Shown in pieces: positions 23,403 to 34,490 of a stretch of DNA of 64,000 bases. Every line of letters begins with the position of its first letter. Position 1 is the stretch's first letter. The notes under the pieces were generated by a model, which saw only the letters and a list, made by a program, of their open reading frames with translations, was not told where the DNA came from and ran no database searches. The translations under genes were made by a program, and so were the position numbers. The DNA lies in the IMG/VR virus record IMGVR_UViG_3300010361_000013, positions 1,168 to 65,167 of that record; one strand, given 5' to 3'. Source of the stretch: a virus. Lineage: Duplodnaviria; Caudoviricetes.

Positions 23403-26120
23403 TTGTTCGATTTCCCCGACACCCCCACCATCGGCCAAGCCGTCTCCGGCCCCAACAACACCGTATATCGATGGGACGGCACGAAGTGGGCTGGCGTGGC
23501 AGGCGCTGGTGCTAACGCTATTGTCGGCGCTACGCCGCCGACAACCCCGTTGGTGGGCATGCTGTGGTTCGATACCACAGGCGGCCTGCTGTATATGTGG
23601 TACGACGATGGCAACTCGCAGCAGTGGATCAACGTCAACAACTTCAACGCACCGTCGCCAGCACCAGTTACAGGGCCGCTGTATTATACCGCGACCGGAG
23701 GTTCGGTAGCACGAGCGGCACAGGATCGTGCGGCGGATAGCATCAATGTGCTAGATTACGGCGCGAAGGCTGACGCGCAGACTACGACCACTAGTGTGAG
23801 TGTGACCGGCAATGCGGTAACGGTTGGTGCCAATCTGTTCGTATCCAGTGATGTCGGTAAAATCATTGGCGCGATGGGAGCGACCGGGCCTGGGATAATA
23901 CCGGCATCGCCGTGGGTGAACTTTGTTACAATCACAGCTTACACTTCGCCAACTCAGGTTACAGTCAATGCGAGTATCGGTACGCCGTTCAGCAATTCTG
24001 CGTGCTACGTAGCATGGGGCACCAACAACTCGTCGGCGTTTCAGGCTGCTGCTAATCAGATCAATGCTATTGGTGGTGGTCGATTGTATGTACCGAGCGG
24101 ACGCTACGCAGTTGGCAACATGATCCTGCTGTATTCAGAAACCGAGATGTGGGGTAATGGCGCGTCGAGCGAAATCATCAACTGCGGTATTGTTGGCTCG
24201 CAGGGTTCAACTACGATAGGTGCGGTGATTTCGAATTATAATGCCTTTATTTGGCCGGGTGGCCAATTCAAGAAGCTGAGTGCCACCTATTATGTGCAGA
24301 CAACGCCCGCCAACCAGATCGATCACGATATTATCGTACGTGACTTACAGATCAATGCCGGTGCGCAGAATACTGGTGGCAGCGCCAAGACGATCTGCTT
24401 CGCGCTGGCAACCCAGGTGAAAATTCTGAACTGTAAGTTCCAAGGCCAAATCATTGGTATGAACCCGACTGCGCTGATCGGCTGTGATGATTTCGAGATA
24501 CGTGGAAATGTCTCAACCAACTGTGTAATTGGTCACGATCATTGGGATACACTGACGCGAGGCCGCATCATATCAAACACGGTGCGGATGCTGCCGAACG
24601 GTGGCGCATCGATGAACCCGATCAACATGAATGCCGTGCCGACGACCCAGGCTTCACCTGTTACCTATTGCGGCACGACCAGCGATATCGTGATCGCGGA
24701 TAATGTGTTCGAACTGTATGGCACCAACACCGGTACTTGCGTCAGCAATTTCGATAGTCTGGGCTATGGAAGCGTCAGCCGGCGCATCGCGTTCGTGAAC
24801 AACCACTACATCGGTGTGTCCGGGACCGGCAACGGTGGTATCGTGCATCGGGGCAACACGTTCGGTAGCATTTTCAGTGGCAACACTTTTACCAACGTTA
24901 ATGGAACTGTGCTAACCATTAGTCTTGTAGGGAGCAGTGCCGTCGCTCTAACCAATCCGATCACGACTACAGCAGGCAGCACGACGGCAACGTTGGCCTA
25001 TCCCAGCCATGGCATGGTAGCGGACGTATCAATCAACGGTGCCTGGATACACGTGCCGAACATGACGATCGACGGTGTGACCTTTACCGGCATTCCGTAT
25101 AATAGCAATGAAGTGCGCGTGCTGTCGGTGGTAGACGCGAACACGCTGACGATACAGTTACCATCCGCTGCCGTAGCTGGTGCGACCGGCGGGACTGGAA
25201 ATTATTCGCGTTCACAGGGATTTGCCACCGGTATGGTAGTAGAAGGCAACCGGTTCATCAATCCTCAATCGGCAGGCAGTCTAATTATCGTAGCTGGCCA
25301 GAATAATTATATCGGCAGCAATGTGGTTTATTACACAGTTCCAGGGACGACGCCAACGTATCAGAGCATCGTGGATTGCGAGTACTATGGCGGCACGTAT
25401 CAGATGGCCGCGCTGCGACAGGTTGGACCGCTTGGCTCAGGACCACCGGCAGGTTATGCTGGCGACGGTAACATTATGTGGTCGCTGAACGGTGGTAGTA
25501 ACCAGCCAACCATCGGCTCGGCTGTTACCCAGGCCATTGGTGACGAAAACACGACCAACACAGCGACGACGGCGTTTGCTGCGCGGATGCTAGGCTCGAC
25601 CACACCGACTGCTGCCAACGGGACCGTGTACACGTCCGCTAGCACAGGTGTTTCGTTTGTTAATTTCATCGGATCGTTAGCTGCGGATGCATCTGGTCAG
25701 ATACCGGCAGGCGGATATCAGAAAACTTGGTGGATACGGAACGGCACGACGGGCGGTCATAACTGGGGCGTGGTTGGGCAGGCTGGAACAACGTATTGGA
25801 TACCACCGGCATATGTTGCGCAAGTATGGTCGGACGGAGCTGATATCATCCTGACAACAGCACTGTTTGGTGGCATACGTGTTGGAGATGCGACGCGCAA
25901 TGCCGTCACCCTGACGGCAGGAGCTGCTACGTCGAGTGTTGCGACAGTTTCTGCATCCGGCACTGGCGGGTTGCAGTTCACATCCAATTTAGGGTTCAAC
26001 AGCGCGACCCCGATCGCCAAGCCGACGATATCGGGTGCATGCGCGGGCAACACTGCGATCAAGAACCTACTGACGGCGTTGGCCAGCTACGGCCTGTTGA
26101 CTGATAGTACTACCGCATAG
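23403..26120 (+). CDS. Tail spike (pectate-lyase-like beta-helix)
   Basis: TTG start MFDFP; INVLDYGAKAD, GGGRLYVPSGRY; visibly more AT-rich DNA. Confidence 0.8.
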   Translation: MFDFPDTPTIGQAVSGPNNTVYRWDGTKWAGVAGAGANAIVGATPPTTPLVGMLWFDTTGGLLYMWYDDGNSQQWINVNNFNAPSPAPVTGPLYYTATGGSVARAAQDRAADSINVLDYGAKADAQTTTTSVSVTGNAVTVGANLFVSSDVGKIIGAMGATGPGIIPASPWVNFVTITAYTSPTQVTVNASIGTPFSNSACYVAWGTNNSSAFQAAANQINAIGGGRLYVPSGRYAVGNMILLYSETEMWGNGASSEIINCGIVGSQGSTTIGAVISNYNAFIWPGGQFKKLSATYYVQTTPANQIDHDIIVRDLQINAGAQNTGGSAKTICFALATQVKILNCKFQGQIIGMNPTALIGCDDFEIRGNVSTNCVIGHDHWDTLTRGRIISNTVRMLPNGGASMNPINMNAVPTTQASPVTYCGTTSDIVIADNVFELYGTNTGTCVSNFDSLGYGSVSRRIAFVNNHYIGVSGTGNGGIVHRGNTFGSIFSGNTFTNVNGTVLTISLVGSSAVALTNPITTTAGSTTATLAYPSHGMVADVSINGAWIHVPNMTIDGVTFTGIPYNSNEVRVLSVVDANTLTIQLPSAAVAGATGGTGNYSRSQGFATGMVVEGNRFINPQSAGSLIIVAGQNNYIGSNVVYYTVPGTTPTYQSIVDCEYYGGTYQMAALRQVGPLGSGPPAGYAGDGNIMWSLNGGSNQPTIGSAVTQAIGDENTTNTATTAFAARMLGSTTPTAANGTVYTSASTGVSFVNFIGSLAADASGQIPAGGYQKTWWIRNGTTGGHNWGVVGQAGTTYWIPPAYVAQVWSDGADIILTTALFGGIRVGDATRNAVTLTAGAATSSVATVSASGTGGLQFTSNLGFNSATPIAKPTISGACAGNTAIKNLLTALASYGLLTDSTTA

Positions 26121-26128
26121 GTGACGCG

Positions 26129-29100
26129 ATGCCGCTTGATTTCCCCAGTTCTCCGACCACCGGCCAGCAATTCACCGGACCGAACGGGATCTTTTCTTGG
26201 GACGGCACCAAGTGGGCACCGTATGGTGTAGCTGCGTCACTGTATGTCCCGATTGCTGGCGCAACTATGACTGGCCCGTTGATCCTGTCAGCAAATCCAA
26301 CAGCAGCGCTCGGCGCGGTCACCAAACAGTACGTCGATGCAGCGACTGCCTCACTTGGGAGCTTCGTCCCGATCTCTGGCGGAACGATGACCGGCACCTT
26401 GACGGCGCCCAAACTGGCGGCCGCCAGCACACCGTCGGGTCAAAGTTCGCTCACCGTCAACCAGCTGCAGACCTATACCGGCACCGCGCCTGGGGTGGCA
26501 TTCGTCGGTCACAGCCAGTTCTTCGGCAACGTTACCAGCGGCGGCGCGCCGAACTGGTGGACGTTCAATGTCGACAACGATCGTGTTAACTCACCAAGCG
26601 GCGCGGTTGCGTTCGAGTTCAATAGCGCGTTCGGCGGCGGCTCTCCTAGCGTGATGACTGGCGGTCGCGACGGCGTCAACATCAACATGACGATGCAAGG
26701 AGACACACCAACCGCGACTGGTGCAGGAGCATTCTATACGGGTCTCTCAACATGGTTGGAATGCGATTACTGGAATGGCGGCTCGCCGGGCGATGAGCGC
26801 GGCAACAACTACGGGCTGGACGTATTGGCACTGAACCGGGATGCAGGCAGCATCGGCTCCTACGGCTATCGTGCTCTCACCGGGATTGAGACCGATCTCT
26901 CGCTGTATCATCCCGCCATCAATCGGATTGGCATTTGGACCGTCGAGTGGTCCACCAGCACAACTGCCGCGTGGCTGATGGATGCAGCCTTTGGTGTAGC
27001 TACCCAAGGTAATGGGTTAACGGCAACGCCACCCGGTTTTGACGTGGCCTACTCCATCGGCGTCAACAATGGCTACTGGCCATTGCAACCCACCGGAACG
27101 ATCCTTGGCAATTACGCCACATTGCTGCAACCGACCGGATCACGTGCGGCAGCAGCCGCCGTGGGGATCGACTTCACCAACATCCAGTTAAACTATTTCG
27201 GTTACAAGCAGACCGGTGCGGCAATCAGCGGTGCGGGGGATATCGGTGGTCTTACGGTCACCGGCACGACGCTGACGACCCGCGACGGCGTGCAGGCACA
27301 GACCGCAGTGGTCAACACGATCACTGTCGTCAAGGGCGGAGAGTTCAGATCCATCCCGGCGCTCACCGTGTCGGCGCCGGCTGGCAGCGGCACGACGGCG
27401 ACCGCAACAGTCGCCACGATGGGCCTGCGCCGGGCGCAGTCGATCGTCGGCAATCGCGGCACCGGGTATGCGGTCGGCAATGTGCTGACATTGGTTGGCG
27501 GTACATTTACAACGACGGCGACTGCGACCGTGGCTGCTGTCGATACCAACGGCGCTATCATCGACTTCACCTACACGCCCGGCTCCTACACCGTGCTGCC
27601 GGCAAATCCGGTAGCAGTGACCGGTGGCGCTGGTACCGGTGCTGCTATCACCACCGCCGCATGGCGTATCCTGACGGTGAACGTCACAGGAGCGGGCACC
27701 AATTACAAACCGTTCCCACCACCCCTGGTGACCAGCGATAACACTACGAAGACGCTGGAGCCGATGTTCAACGTGACGATGACGGCGAGCGCGGCAACAC
27801 TTGTGCTCAATCCGAGCGGCGGTGCGGTTACAGTGACCGGTGCGGCGACAGTGACCGGGGCGCTGAATTACACGGCGACCGGAGCGAGTACATCCCGTTC
27901 GGCGCAGGATCGCGCGGCTGTTGCGCTAAACGTGCTCGATTTCGGCGCAATGTGCGACGGCACAACCGACGACACCGCTGCAGTCAACAACGCAATTTCC
28001 TATATCTGCTCCGTAGGAGGCGGCATTCTTCAGTTCCCGCACGGAACGTGCCTGATGCTAGGGGCAATGAACATTCCCTACACCAATATGGGCGGTACCG
28101 GTGTTCAGCCGATGCAGCGCCCGATCAGCCTGCGTGGTGTGAGCGCGAACTATGGATGGAATGGACAGAGTTTCCCGCAGCAGGCCGGCAGCGGCACCGT
28201 GATCGACATGCGCTATGGCGGCGGCGATGCCTTCGGCCACGTCGCCAAGATCGACACGCGCGGCATGGGCACGCTGGAGATCGACAGCATCACTTTCATC
28301 GATGGCGGGACGTCAAATTATCTGTTCATCCAGACCACCAACACGGTGTTGAAGGTCAACAACTGCCGCTTTCTCGGCAATCAGGCGAACAATGGTCAGA
28401 CCTGCGTGCAGGATGCGATCCGGCTTGGTGGGATCACGTCATCAGCTTCTGGAGCGTTGCAGACCGATAACCCGCTAGCCGGGTTCCAAGGCTATGGTTC
28501 AGCAATCGAGAACTGCCAATTTGATAGCATCCGCGAGTGCGTGCAGTTCGGCGAGGCCGCGAACATCGTCGTGGTCAGGAATTGCACGGTCAACCGCAAC
28601 TGCGGTTCCGCGAAGGCGCAAGGCGCACCCTATTACTTCTACGGCATCTCACTTGGGTCTCACGGCAACATCATCTCGGGCGGCTTCGTTGAGATGGTCA
28701 ACTACCCCTATGCCGTGGCGATGATCGGCGCCGCGATGAACCGCAACATCATCAGCTATCTCGGCTTGTATGACGAGTCGATGGGCAGCCCCACGGTCGG
28801 CGGGGTGTATTTCGATACCGGCGCCACGTTCAACTCTGTATACACGGGGTATGTGGACTTCCCGCTGCATGCGGCCATGATGATGGGGCCGTCGGCGCTG
28901 CAGAATACGCTGGTGAGCGGTGGCGGGGCCTGCCTATTCCAGAACGATATCACGTCAGGCGATCAGCAGGGCAATAGTAAGATTATCATTTCCGGCGGCA
29001 ACACCAACGCGAATGATGGGGCGCAACTCCAGTTTGAGTATGGCGGCACGGTCGGCGGGATCATCGGCAATTACAGTGCGGTCAAGGGTGGTGCGTATGA

Positions 29101-30310
29101 TGCACACCTGACGATTTATGGCGGTGGAAATGGCGTAGTGGTGCCGAACGACCGGTTGGCGGTCTATGTCGGAAATGGTGTGTTTCCGGCCTACACGATA
29201 CACGCCGGTCTCGGTACAGGTTCACAGCGTCTTTATATGAATGGTGGTAACTCAGCGACTGCTGATGGAGCTGCGATGCTGTTTGCCGCTGCTGGTACGA
29301 CAATTGGTGCGATCGGCAACTACAGCGCCGCCGGATTTGGCGGCGCGTTTAACCAGATCATGACGTTGTGGGGCGCATCGCATGGCATCCTGATCCCCAG
29401 TGACAAGGTGGGAATTGCTACCGGCGCCGCACTCAATCCGGTTGGCGCCGAGATCGGTATTGGTGACGGCACCGGCCAGCGGCGTATCGTGCTGAATGGC
29501 GGTAACACCAACACGGCGGATGGCGCGTTGGTTCTGTTTTACAATAACAGCGCACGCATCGGTGGTGTCGGCAATGCGGATACCTATCTCAACACGACGT
29601 ATGGGACTTATAACCGCAGCACGATCCTAGCGGGGTATGACGGGCTGATTTTCTGTACGCACGATGTGGAGCAGGCGCGGGTTACCGCACCAACGTCCGG
29701 AATTGCGCGCTGGCTATTCGGAACAACCACGGATGACGGCGTCAACATTTTGCAGGTTAATGGCGGTACGGCGACCGGCGCATTAAATGTGCGTCAGACT
29801 TTGGCGCTGAACACCGGCTCGGCGCAGATGTTGCAGATCGGTGATACCGTCGTCGCCAACAGCGATCCATTCCTGGCGTATTATGCAACTGGCAGCGCCT
29901 CGGGTGCGCTCAGTGCGTTCGGCCTGAATGTCTATTATGACGCTGCTATTGCCATACAGCGAGTCAACACGGCGAAGAACGGCTGGATGTTCTCGCACGA
30001 CGTGCGCAATGCGGTGTCTGACGGCAACTTGCTGCTTCGTGTCTGTTCCTCAGCCGGATCACTGGCAACCGCCGTGACGTTCGACACTGCCGGTGGCATC
30101 ACGGGCGCCACCCTGATATCAACGACTACCGTTCAGGCAAATACCCAGTTCCGGCAAGGTGCTTCAGGACCGACATGGACATCGGGCGCTGGGGCACCTG
30201 CCAGCACACAGCCGGTCGGTTCGATCTATTCCAATACCAGTGGTGGCGTTGGCGCACGGCTCTATGTCAGCGCAGGAGCAGGTACGTGGGCCGCAGTAGC
30301 GGGTGTGTAG
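26129..30310 (+). CDS. Large tail spike/fibre (1393 aa)
   Basis: MPLDFP N-module, LNVLDFGAMCDGTTDDTAA..GGGILQFPHGT pectate-lyase-3 entry motif. Confidence 0.8.
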   Translation: MPLDFPSSPTTGQQFTGPNGIFSWDGTKWAPYGVAASLYVPIAGATMTGPLILSANPTAALGAVTKQYVDAATASLGSFVPISGGTMTGTLTAPKLAAASTPSGQSSLTVNQLQTYTGTAPGVAFVGHSQFFGNVTSGGAPNWWTFNVDNDRVNSPSGAVAFEFNSAFGGGSPSVMTGGRDGVNINMTMQGDTPTATGAGAFYTGLSTWLECDYWNGGSPGDERGNNYGLDVLALNRDAGSIGSYGYRALTGIETDLSLYHPAINRIGIWTVEWSTSTTAAWLMDAAFGVATQGNGLTATPPGFDVAYSIGVNNGYWPLQPTGTILGNYATLLQPTGSRAAAAAVGIDFTNIQLNYFGYKQTGAAISGAGDIGGLTVTGTTLTTRDGVQAQTAVVNTITVVKGGEFRSIPALTVSAPAGSGTTATATVATMGLRRAQSIVGNRGTGYAVGNVLTLVGGTFTTTATATVAAVDTNGAIIDFTYTPGSYTVLPANPVAVTGGAGTGAAITTAAWRILTVNVTGAGTNYKPFPPPLVTSDNTTKTLEPMFNVTMTASAATLVLNPSGGAVTVTGAATVTGALNYTATGASTSRSAQDRAAVALNVLDFGAMCDGTTDDTAAVNNAISYICSVGGGILQFPHGTCLMLGAMNIPYTNMGGTGVQPMQRPISLRGVSANYGWNGQSFPQQAGSGTVIDMRYGGGDAFGHVAKIDTRGMGTLEIDSITFIDGGTSNYLFIQTTNTVLKVNNCRFLGNQANNGQTCVQDAIRLGGITSSASGALQTDNPLAGFQGYGSAIENCQFDSIRECVQFGEAANIVVVRNCTVNRNCGSAKAQGAPYYFYGISLGSHGNIISGGFVEMVNYPYAVAMIGAAMNRNIISYLGLYDESMGSPTVGGVYFDTGATFNSVYTGYVDFPLHAAMMMGPSALQNTLVSGGGACLFQNDITSGDQQGNSKIIISGGNTNANDGAQLQFEYGGTVGGIIGNYSAVKGGAYDAHLTIYGGGNGVVVPNDRLAVYVGNGVFPAYTIHAGLGTGSQRLYMNGGNSATADGAAMLFAAAGTTIGAIGNYSAAGFGGAFNQIMTLWGASHGILIPSDKVGIATGAALNPVGAEIGIGDGTGQRRIVLNGGNTNTADGALVLFYNNSARIGGVGNADTYLNTTYGTYNRSTILAGYDGLIFCTHDVEQARVTAPTSGIARWLFGTTTDDGVNILQVNGGTATGALNVRQTLALNTGSAQMLQIGDTVVANSDPFLAYYATGSASGALSAFGLNVYYDAAIAIQRVNTAKNGWMFSHDVRNAVSDGNLLLRVCSSAGSLATAVTFDTAGGITGATLISTTTVQANTQFRQGASGPTWTSGAGAPASTQPVGSIYSNTSGGVGARLYVSAGAGTWAAVAGV

Positions 30311-30356
30311 CATGAGCGGCGCCACTTCCAGACGGTGTGAGGCATAGACGGGCGTC

Positions 30357-31364
30357 ATGGCAACCTCAGGCGACTACAGCTGGAACCCCCCATCATACAA
30401 GATCATCACAGGCGCAATGCGCCTGATCAGCGCCATCCAGTCAGGCGAGACGCCGCCCGCCGAGGAATACGATGACGCCCTGGACGCCCTGAACGGGCTG
30501 ATGATGCACTTCCAGGCCAGCGGCATCCACGTCTGGAGCGAGATCGAGGCAATCCTGTTCCTGCAGCCTCTGCAGCGCACCTACGCCATCGGTCCAGGCA
30601 CCACCGACCACGCCTGTCCCGCGAACGACTGGCTGCAGACCTATCTCACCACCCCGGCGCTGGCAGGAGCCACCAGCATCCAGGTCGCGGCGACGACAGA
30701 TCCCCGCAACACCATCCTGGCAGGGGACTGGATCGGCATCGTGCTCGACCAGCAGGGCCAGACGCCGCCGACGCTGTTCTGGAGCCGCGTCGGCTCGGTG
30801 GCGGGCAGTACCGTCAATCTGGTCACGCCGATGCCGTCCCAGGCCGCCTCGGGCGCCCGTGTGCTCGACTACACCACCGACCTGATGCGCCCGCTCAAGG
30901 TGCCCGCAGGGCGGCGCCTGATCTTTGCCGGGAACACCGGCATCCCGCCGCGTATCGAGACGCCAATGGCGATCTACAGCCGCATTGACTACGGCGCGAT
31001 CCCCAACAAGGACTCGCTGGGAGAGATCACCGCGTTCTTCTATGACCCCCAACTGGTCCGGGGGCTGATCAACGTCTGGCCGAATCCGATCAACGTCGGG
31101 ACCGCCATGACCTTCACCGCCCAGCGCCCGTTGCAGGACTTCGTCTCGCAGAGCGATACGGCAGATTTGCCGCAGGAGTGGATATCCTGCCTGCGCTATC
31201 AGTTAGCTGTGGAGCTTGCGCCGGAGTATGATGTTCCAGCGGAGCGGTTTCAGATGATCCAGTCGATCGCTGCGGCCAAGATCGCCTCGTGCATGGCCTG
31301 GGATCGGGAGCCGGAGAGTATCTACTTCGGCGTCAGCAACTTCCCGGATCAGCGGAACACCTGA
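30357..31364 (+). CDS. Head-tail adaptor / tail tubular protein A (P22 gp4-like)
   Basis: II..AMRLISAIQSGETPPAEEYDDALDALN..LPQEWISCLRYQLAVELAPEY. Confidence 0.8.
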   Translation: MATSGDYSWNPPSYKIITGAMRLISAIQSGETPPAEEYDDALDALNGLMMHFQASGIHVWSEIEAILFLQPLQRTYAIGPGTTDHACPANDWLQTYLTTPALAGATSIQVAATTDPRNTILAGDWIGIVLDQQGQTPPTLFWSRVGSVAGSTVNLVTPMPSQAASGARVLDYTTDLMRPLKVPAGRRLIFAGNTGIPPRIETPMAIYSRIDYGAIPNKDSLGEITAFFYDPQLVRGLINVWPNPINVGTAMTFTAQRPLQDFVSQSDTADLPQEWISCLRYQLAVELAPEYDVPAERFQMIQSIAAAKIASCMAWDREPESIYFGVSNFPDQRNT

Positions 31365-32866
31365 TGCCGCAGATCACCGACTGGCTCGTTCAGACTTACC
31401 AGAGCAACTCGGCTCCGTTCAACGCGAGCCGATGCGTTAATATGTTCTGCGAGCAGTCGATCCAGGATGCCAAGAGCAAGTCCCCGGTGGCCGTGTGGAT
31501 GCACCCCGGTACCGCCCCATTCGCCAATCTTGGCTCGGACCCGGTCATGGCCTTCACCACCATGGGCGGTCTCGTCTATGCGGTCACCACCAAGAACTTC
31601 TACCGCATCGACCATACGGGCAACGCGACATGGCTTGGCGGCACCTCGGTCAGCGTGAACGGTTGCAGCATCGACAACAACGGCGCCACGATCTGCTGGG
31701 TGGACGGCCTTACCGGATGGACCTGGAACGCTAGCACGGGCGTTCACCAGATCAGCGACATCAACTGGTTCCCCGCGCACACGGTCACCTATTTCGATAC
31801 CTATTTCGTGTTCGACCGCGTCGGCACGCAGCAGTTCTTCCTGGCGCCGCCGCAGTGGAACGGCATCACGCCGATCGTCAATTCCAGCGACACCAGCGGG
31901 GTGTCATTCACCTCCGAACAGCTGGCCTCGAAGGAGGCGACCCCCGATTTGACCGTGGCCATCGCCAACAGCCACGAGCAGCTGTTCATCTTCGGTGAGA
32001 AGCGCTGCGAGGTCTGGTACGACGCGGGCAATCAGGCGCCGACGTTCCCCTTCCAGCGGTCGTTCGGCGCTCTGATCCAGCGCGGGCTGATTGCGCCTTA
32101 TTCGGTGGTGCTGGAGGACAACACCATCTTCTTCCTCGGTGACGACCTGATGTTCTACCGGCTGAACGGGTTCGTGCCCGAGCGGCAGAGCAACCACGCG
32201 ATCGAGAGCCAGTGGCAGGGCTACACCGGGCATCGCTATACCAGGGCGTTCAGCTACACCTGGATGGGCCACAAGATGATCGTGCTCAACTTCCCGGTGG
32301 CGCGGGCGACCTGGGTGCTGGATCTGGCGACCAAGCGCTGGCACGAGCGGGAGAGCTGGCTCGATGGCAACGCTGATAGCAGCATCGGGCGCTGGCGGGT
32401 CAACTGCGTCCTGAACAACAGCTCCTCGGTCGAGGCCTACCCGGAGATCCTGCTGGGCGACAGCCTGAGCGGGCGCATCGATCAGGTGAACAACAACGTG
32501 TTCACCGAGTTCGACAGCACGATGCGGGCGCTGATTATCGGGCCGCCGATCCACGCGGACAATCGCCGGGTGTTCCTGAAGCGGTTCGAGATCGGCGTCG
32601 AGAGCGGCGTTGGAACGCCCAACCCCGACACGGCGTTGCCAGCGGATCACCCCAGCTGGCGCCTGTCGGTCTCGGACGATGGCGCCAGGACGTGGTCGAC
32701 ATTGGTGAAGCCACGGAGCATCGGCAGGCAGGGGCAGTACCTAACCCGGTTGCGGTGGCTGAAGATGGGACAGGCGCGGCAGCGGGTGATCAAGCTGGAA
32801 TGCACCGACCCGGTCAGGCGCAATATAGTGGCAATATATCAAGACCTTTCTCAAGGTATGGGATGA
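31364..32866 (+). CDS. Tail nozzle / DNA stabilisation protein (P22 gp10-like)
   Basis: IFGEKRCEVWY, DNTIFFLGDD, TWVLDLATKRWHER, SDDGARTWS..IGRQGQY.TRLRW..GQAR.RV. Confidence 0.85.
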   Translation: MPQITDWLVQTYQSNSAPFNASRCVNMFCEQSIQDAKSKSPVAVWMHPGTAPFANLGSDPVMAFTTMGGLVYAVTTKNFYRIDHTGNATWLGGTSVSVNGCSIDNNGATICWVDGLTGWTWNASTGVHQISDINWFPAHTVTYFDTYFVFDRVGTQQFFLAPPQWNGITPIVNSSDTSGVSFTSEQLASKEATPDLTVAIANSHEQLFIFGEKRCEVWYDAGNQAPTFPFQRSFGALIQRGLIAPYSVVLEDNTIFFLGDDLMFYRLNGFVPERQSNHAIESQWQGYTGHRYTRAFSYTWMGHKMIVLNFPVARATWVLDLATKRWHERESWLDGNADSSIGRWRVNCVLNNSSSVEAYPEILLGDSLSGRIDQVNNNVFTEFDSTMRALIIGPPIHADNRRVFLKRFEIGVESGVGTPNPDTALPADHPSWRLSVSDDGARTWSTLVKPRSIGRQGQYLTRLRWLKMGQARQRVIKLECTDPVRRNIVAIYQDLSQGMG

Positions 32867-33102
32867 TGGCGACCCGTCCGGTCATCAACTTCGGCGTTCC
32901 GTTCTCGGATCGGCCACTGGGCTACATAGGTCTGGGGGGTGGGGTCTACAGCACGCCGGAGCATCAGCAGTTTTTGGAGCGGCTCGCCAACCATGCCGCA
33001 TCCACCAAAAGCGCCATGACGCTGCAGACCGAGGTGGACCAGCTCACCACCAGGATCAGGGCGTTGGAAGAGCGAGTTGCGAGGCTGAGGGCGCCCGATT
33101 AG
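32863..33102 (+). CDS. Small tail protein with C-terminal coiled coil
   Basis: ATGA overlap; LQTEVDQLTTRIRALEERV. Confidence 0.55.
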   Translation: MMATRPVINFGVPFSDRPLGYIGLGGGVYSTPEHQQFLERLANHAASTKSAMTLQTEVDQLTTRIRALEERVARLRAPD

Positions 33103-33103
33103 G

Positions 33104-33691
33104 GTGGTTCAGGGCATAGGAATGGCCCGACCCAAACCTGCAGGAACGGGATCGGTGTCGCTCGCCCTATCAGCACAGACCGTGCCGCTGCCGCCTCCGC
33201 CCAGACTTCTGGCGCGGCATCGTGGTGTCACCTTCCACGAGGAGCGATTCAGCTGGCTGCGCCACGAGGGGGATCACCTCCTCCAGATGCACTATCGCGA
33301 GGCCTCAGCAGACCTCTCAGTGCCCTTAGACATGAACTGGGAGCTGTACGAGAAGTTGGAGCAGGCGGGCGTGGAGGCCTGTGTGGTGGCTCGCAAAGAT
33401 AGCGAGCCGATTGGCTATGCGGTCTACATCATCGTGCCACAGCTGCATTACCGGCGTGCGGTTGCTGACGATGACCTCTACTTTATCCATCCCCGTTATC
33501 GCTCGGGCTGGCTCGGGGTGAAGCTGTTCCGGGTTGCCGAAGCATTGGTCCGTGAGCATGGCGCCAGTGTGATCTGCGCGCGGGTCAAGTTCCATGTGAA
33601 GCCGGGACGCGGGCGCGGCGATCTGGGGCCGGTATTCCGATACCTTGGCTATCGTCCGATTGAAACCCATTGGCAGAAGAGGATCGCCTGA
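33104..33691 (+). CDS. GNAT-family acetyltransferase
   Basis: DDDLYFIHPRYRSGWLGVKLFRVAE..LGYRPIE; usual position before ejection genes. Confidence 0.8.
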   Translation: MVQGIGMARPKPAGTGSVSLALSAQTVPLPPPPRLLARHRGVTFHEERFSWLRHEGDHLLQMHYREASADLSVPLDMNWELYEKLEQAGVEACVVARKDSEPIGYAVYIIVPQLHYRRAVADDDLYFIHPRYRSGWLGVKLFRVAEALVREHGASVICARVKFHVKPGRGRGDLGPVFRYLGYRPIETHWQKRIA

Positions 33692-34488
33692 TGGCAGCGG
33701 TGATAGGAGGCGCGATCGCAGGCGTTGGCTCGATAGCGGGTGGACTGTTCAGCGGTATCACGGGTTCGAACGCCGCCAAGAAGGCGTCGGAAGCCGAGCT
33801 GTCCTATCTGAACAAGGCACTCAGCTTTCAGGAGGGCGTCTACAACACCGCGCAGACCAACCTGTCGCCCTGGATCTCGGGCGGCCAGTCGGCGCTGGCG
33901 CAGTACATGGGCGGTCTCGGTCTGGGTGGTGGCACTGGCACCTCGAACCTGCAGAACTACTGGAACCAGTTCACCCAGACCCCGTACTACACGTTTCCGC
34001 TGGCCCAGGCGACGCAGTCGTCGGGCGCGGGAGCCGCCGCCAGGGGGCTGAACCTGTCGACGGGAGAGCTGGGGGAGCTGTCGAAACTGGGGGCGGGCTA
34101 TGCCAGCTCGAACTGGCAGAACTACATGAACGCGCTGAACAGCCTGTCTGGGCTTGGTGCGCAGTCGGCGACCAACCTCGGGCAGATCGGCGGCACGATC
34201 GGCCAGCAAGTGGGACAGACGTCGGCGCAGCAGGCGAGCGCGGCGGGCACCGGCATTACGACCTCGACTGGGCTGCTGAATCAGGGCATCAGCAACGCCA
34301 TCACCGGGCTGACCGGCTCTGGTAGCTCGTATGGCAGCGGCAGCAGCGGTCTGCTCAGCAACAGCAATATCGGCAATCTCCTCAGCGCGTTCACTGGCGG
34401 CAACATCGGTGGCTACACCGGACCTTACAGCTTCGGCCCAGCTACTGGCGGTAGTTACAGCGGCAATACTTTCACAGGAACCTTCTAA
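33691..34488 (+). CDS. DNA ejection/transfer protein (P22 gp7-like)
   Basis: Gly/Ser/Ala-rich; AIAGVGSIAGGLFS, NLSPWISGGQSAL, NYMNALNSLSGLGAQSA. Confidence 0.75.
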   Translation: MAAVIGGAIAGVGSIAGGLFSGITGSNAAKKASEAELSYLNKALSFQEGVYNTAQTNLSPWISGGQSALAQYMGGLGLGGGTGTSNLQNYWNQFTQTPYYTFPLAQATQSSGAGAAARGLNLSTGELGELSKLGAGYASSNWQNYMNALNSLSGLGAQSATNLGQIGGTIGQQVGQTSAQQASAAGTGITTSTGLLNQGISNAITGLTGSGSSYGSGSSGLLSNSNIGNLLSAFTGGNIGGYTGPYSFGPATGGSYSGNTFTGTF

Positions 34489-34490
34489 TC

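Noticed and set aside
17590-30310. Diversity-generating retroelement acting on tail fibres
   Set aside because: No reverse transcriptase and no template/variable repeat pair differing only at adenines was seen
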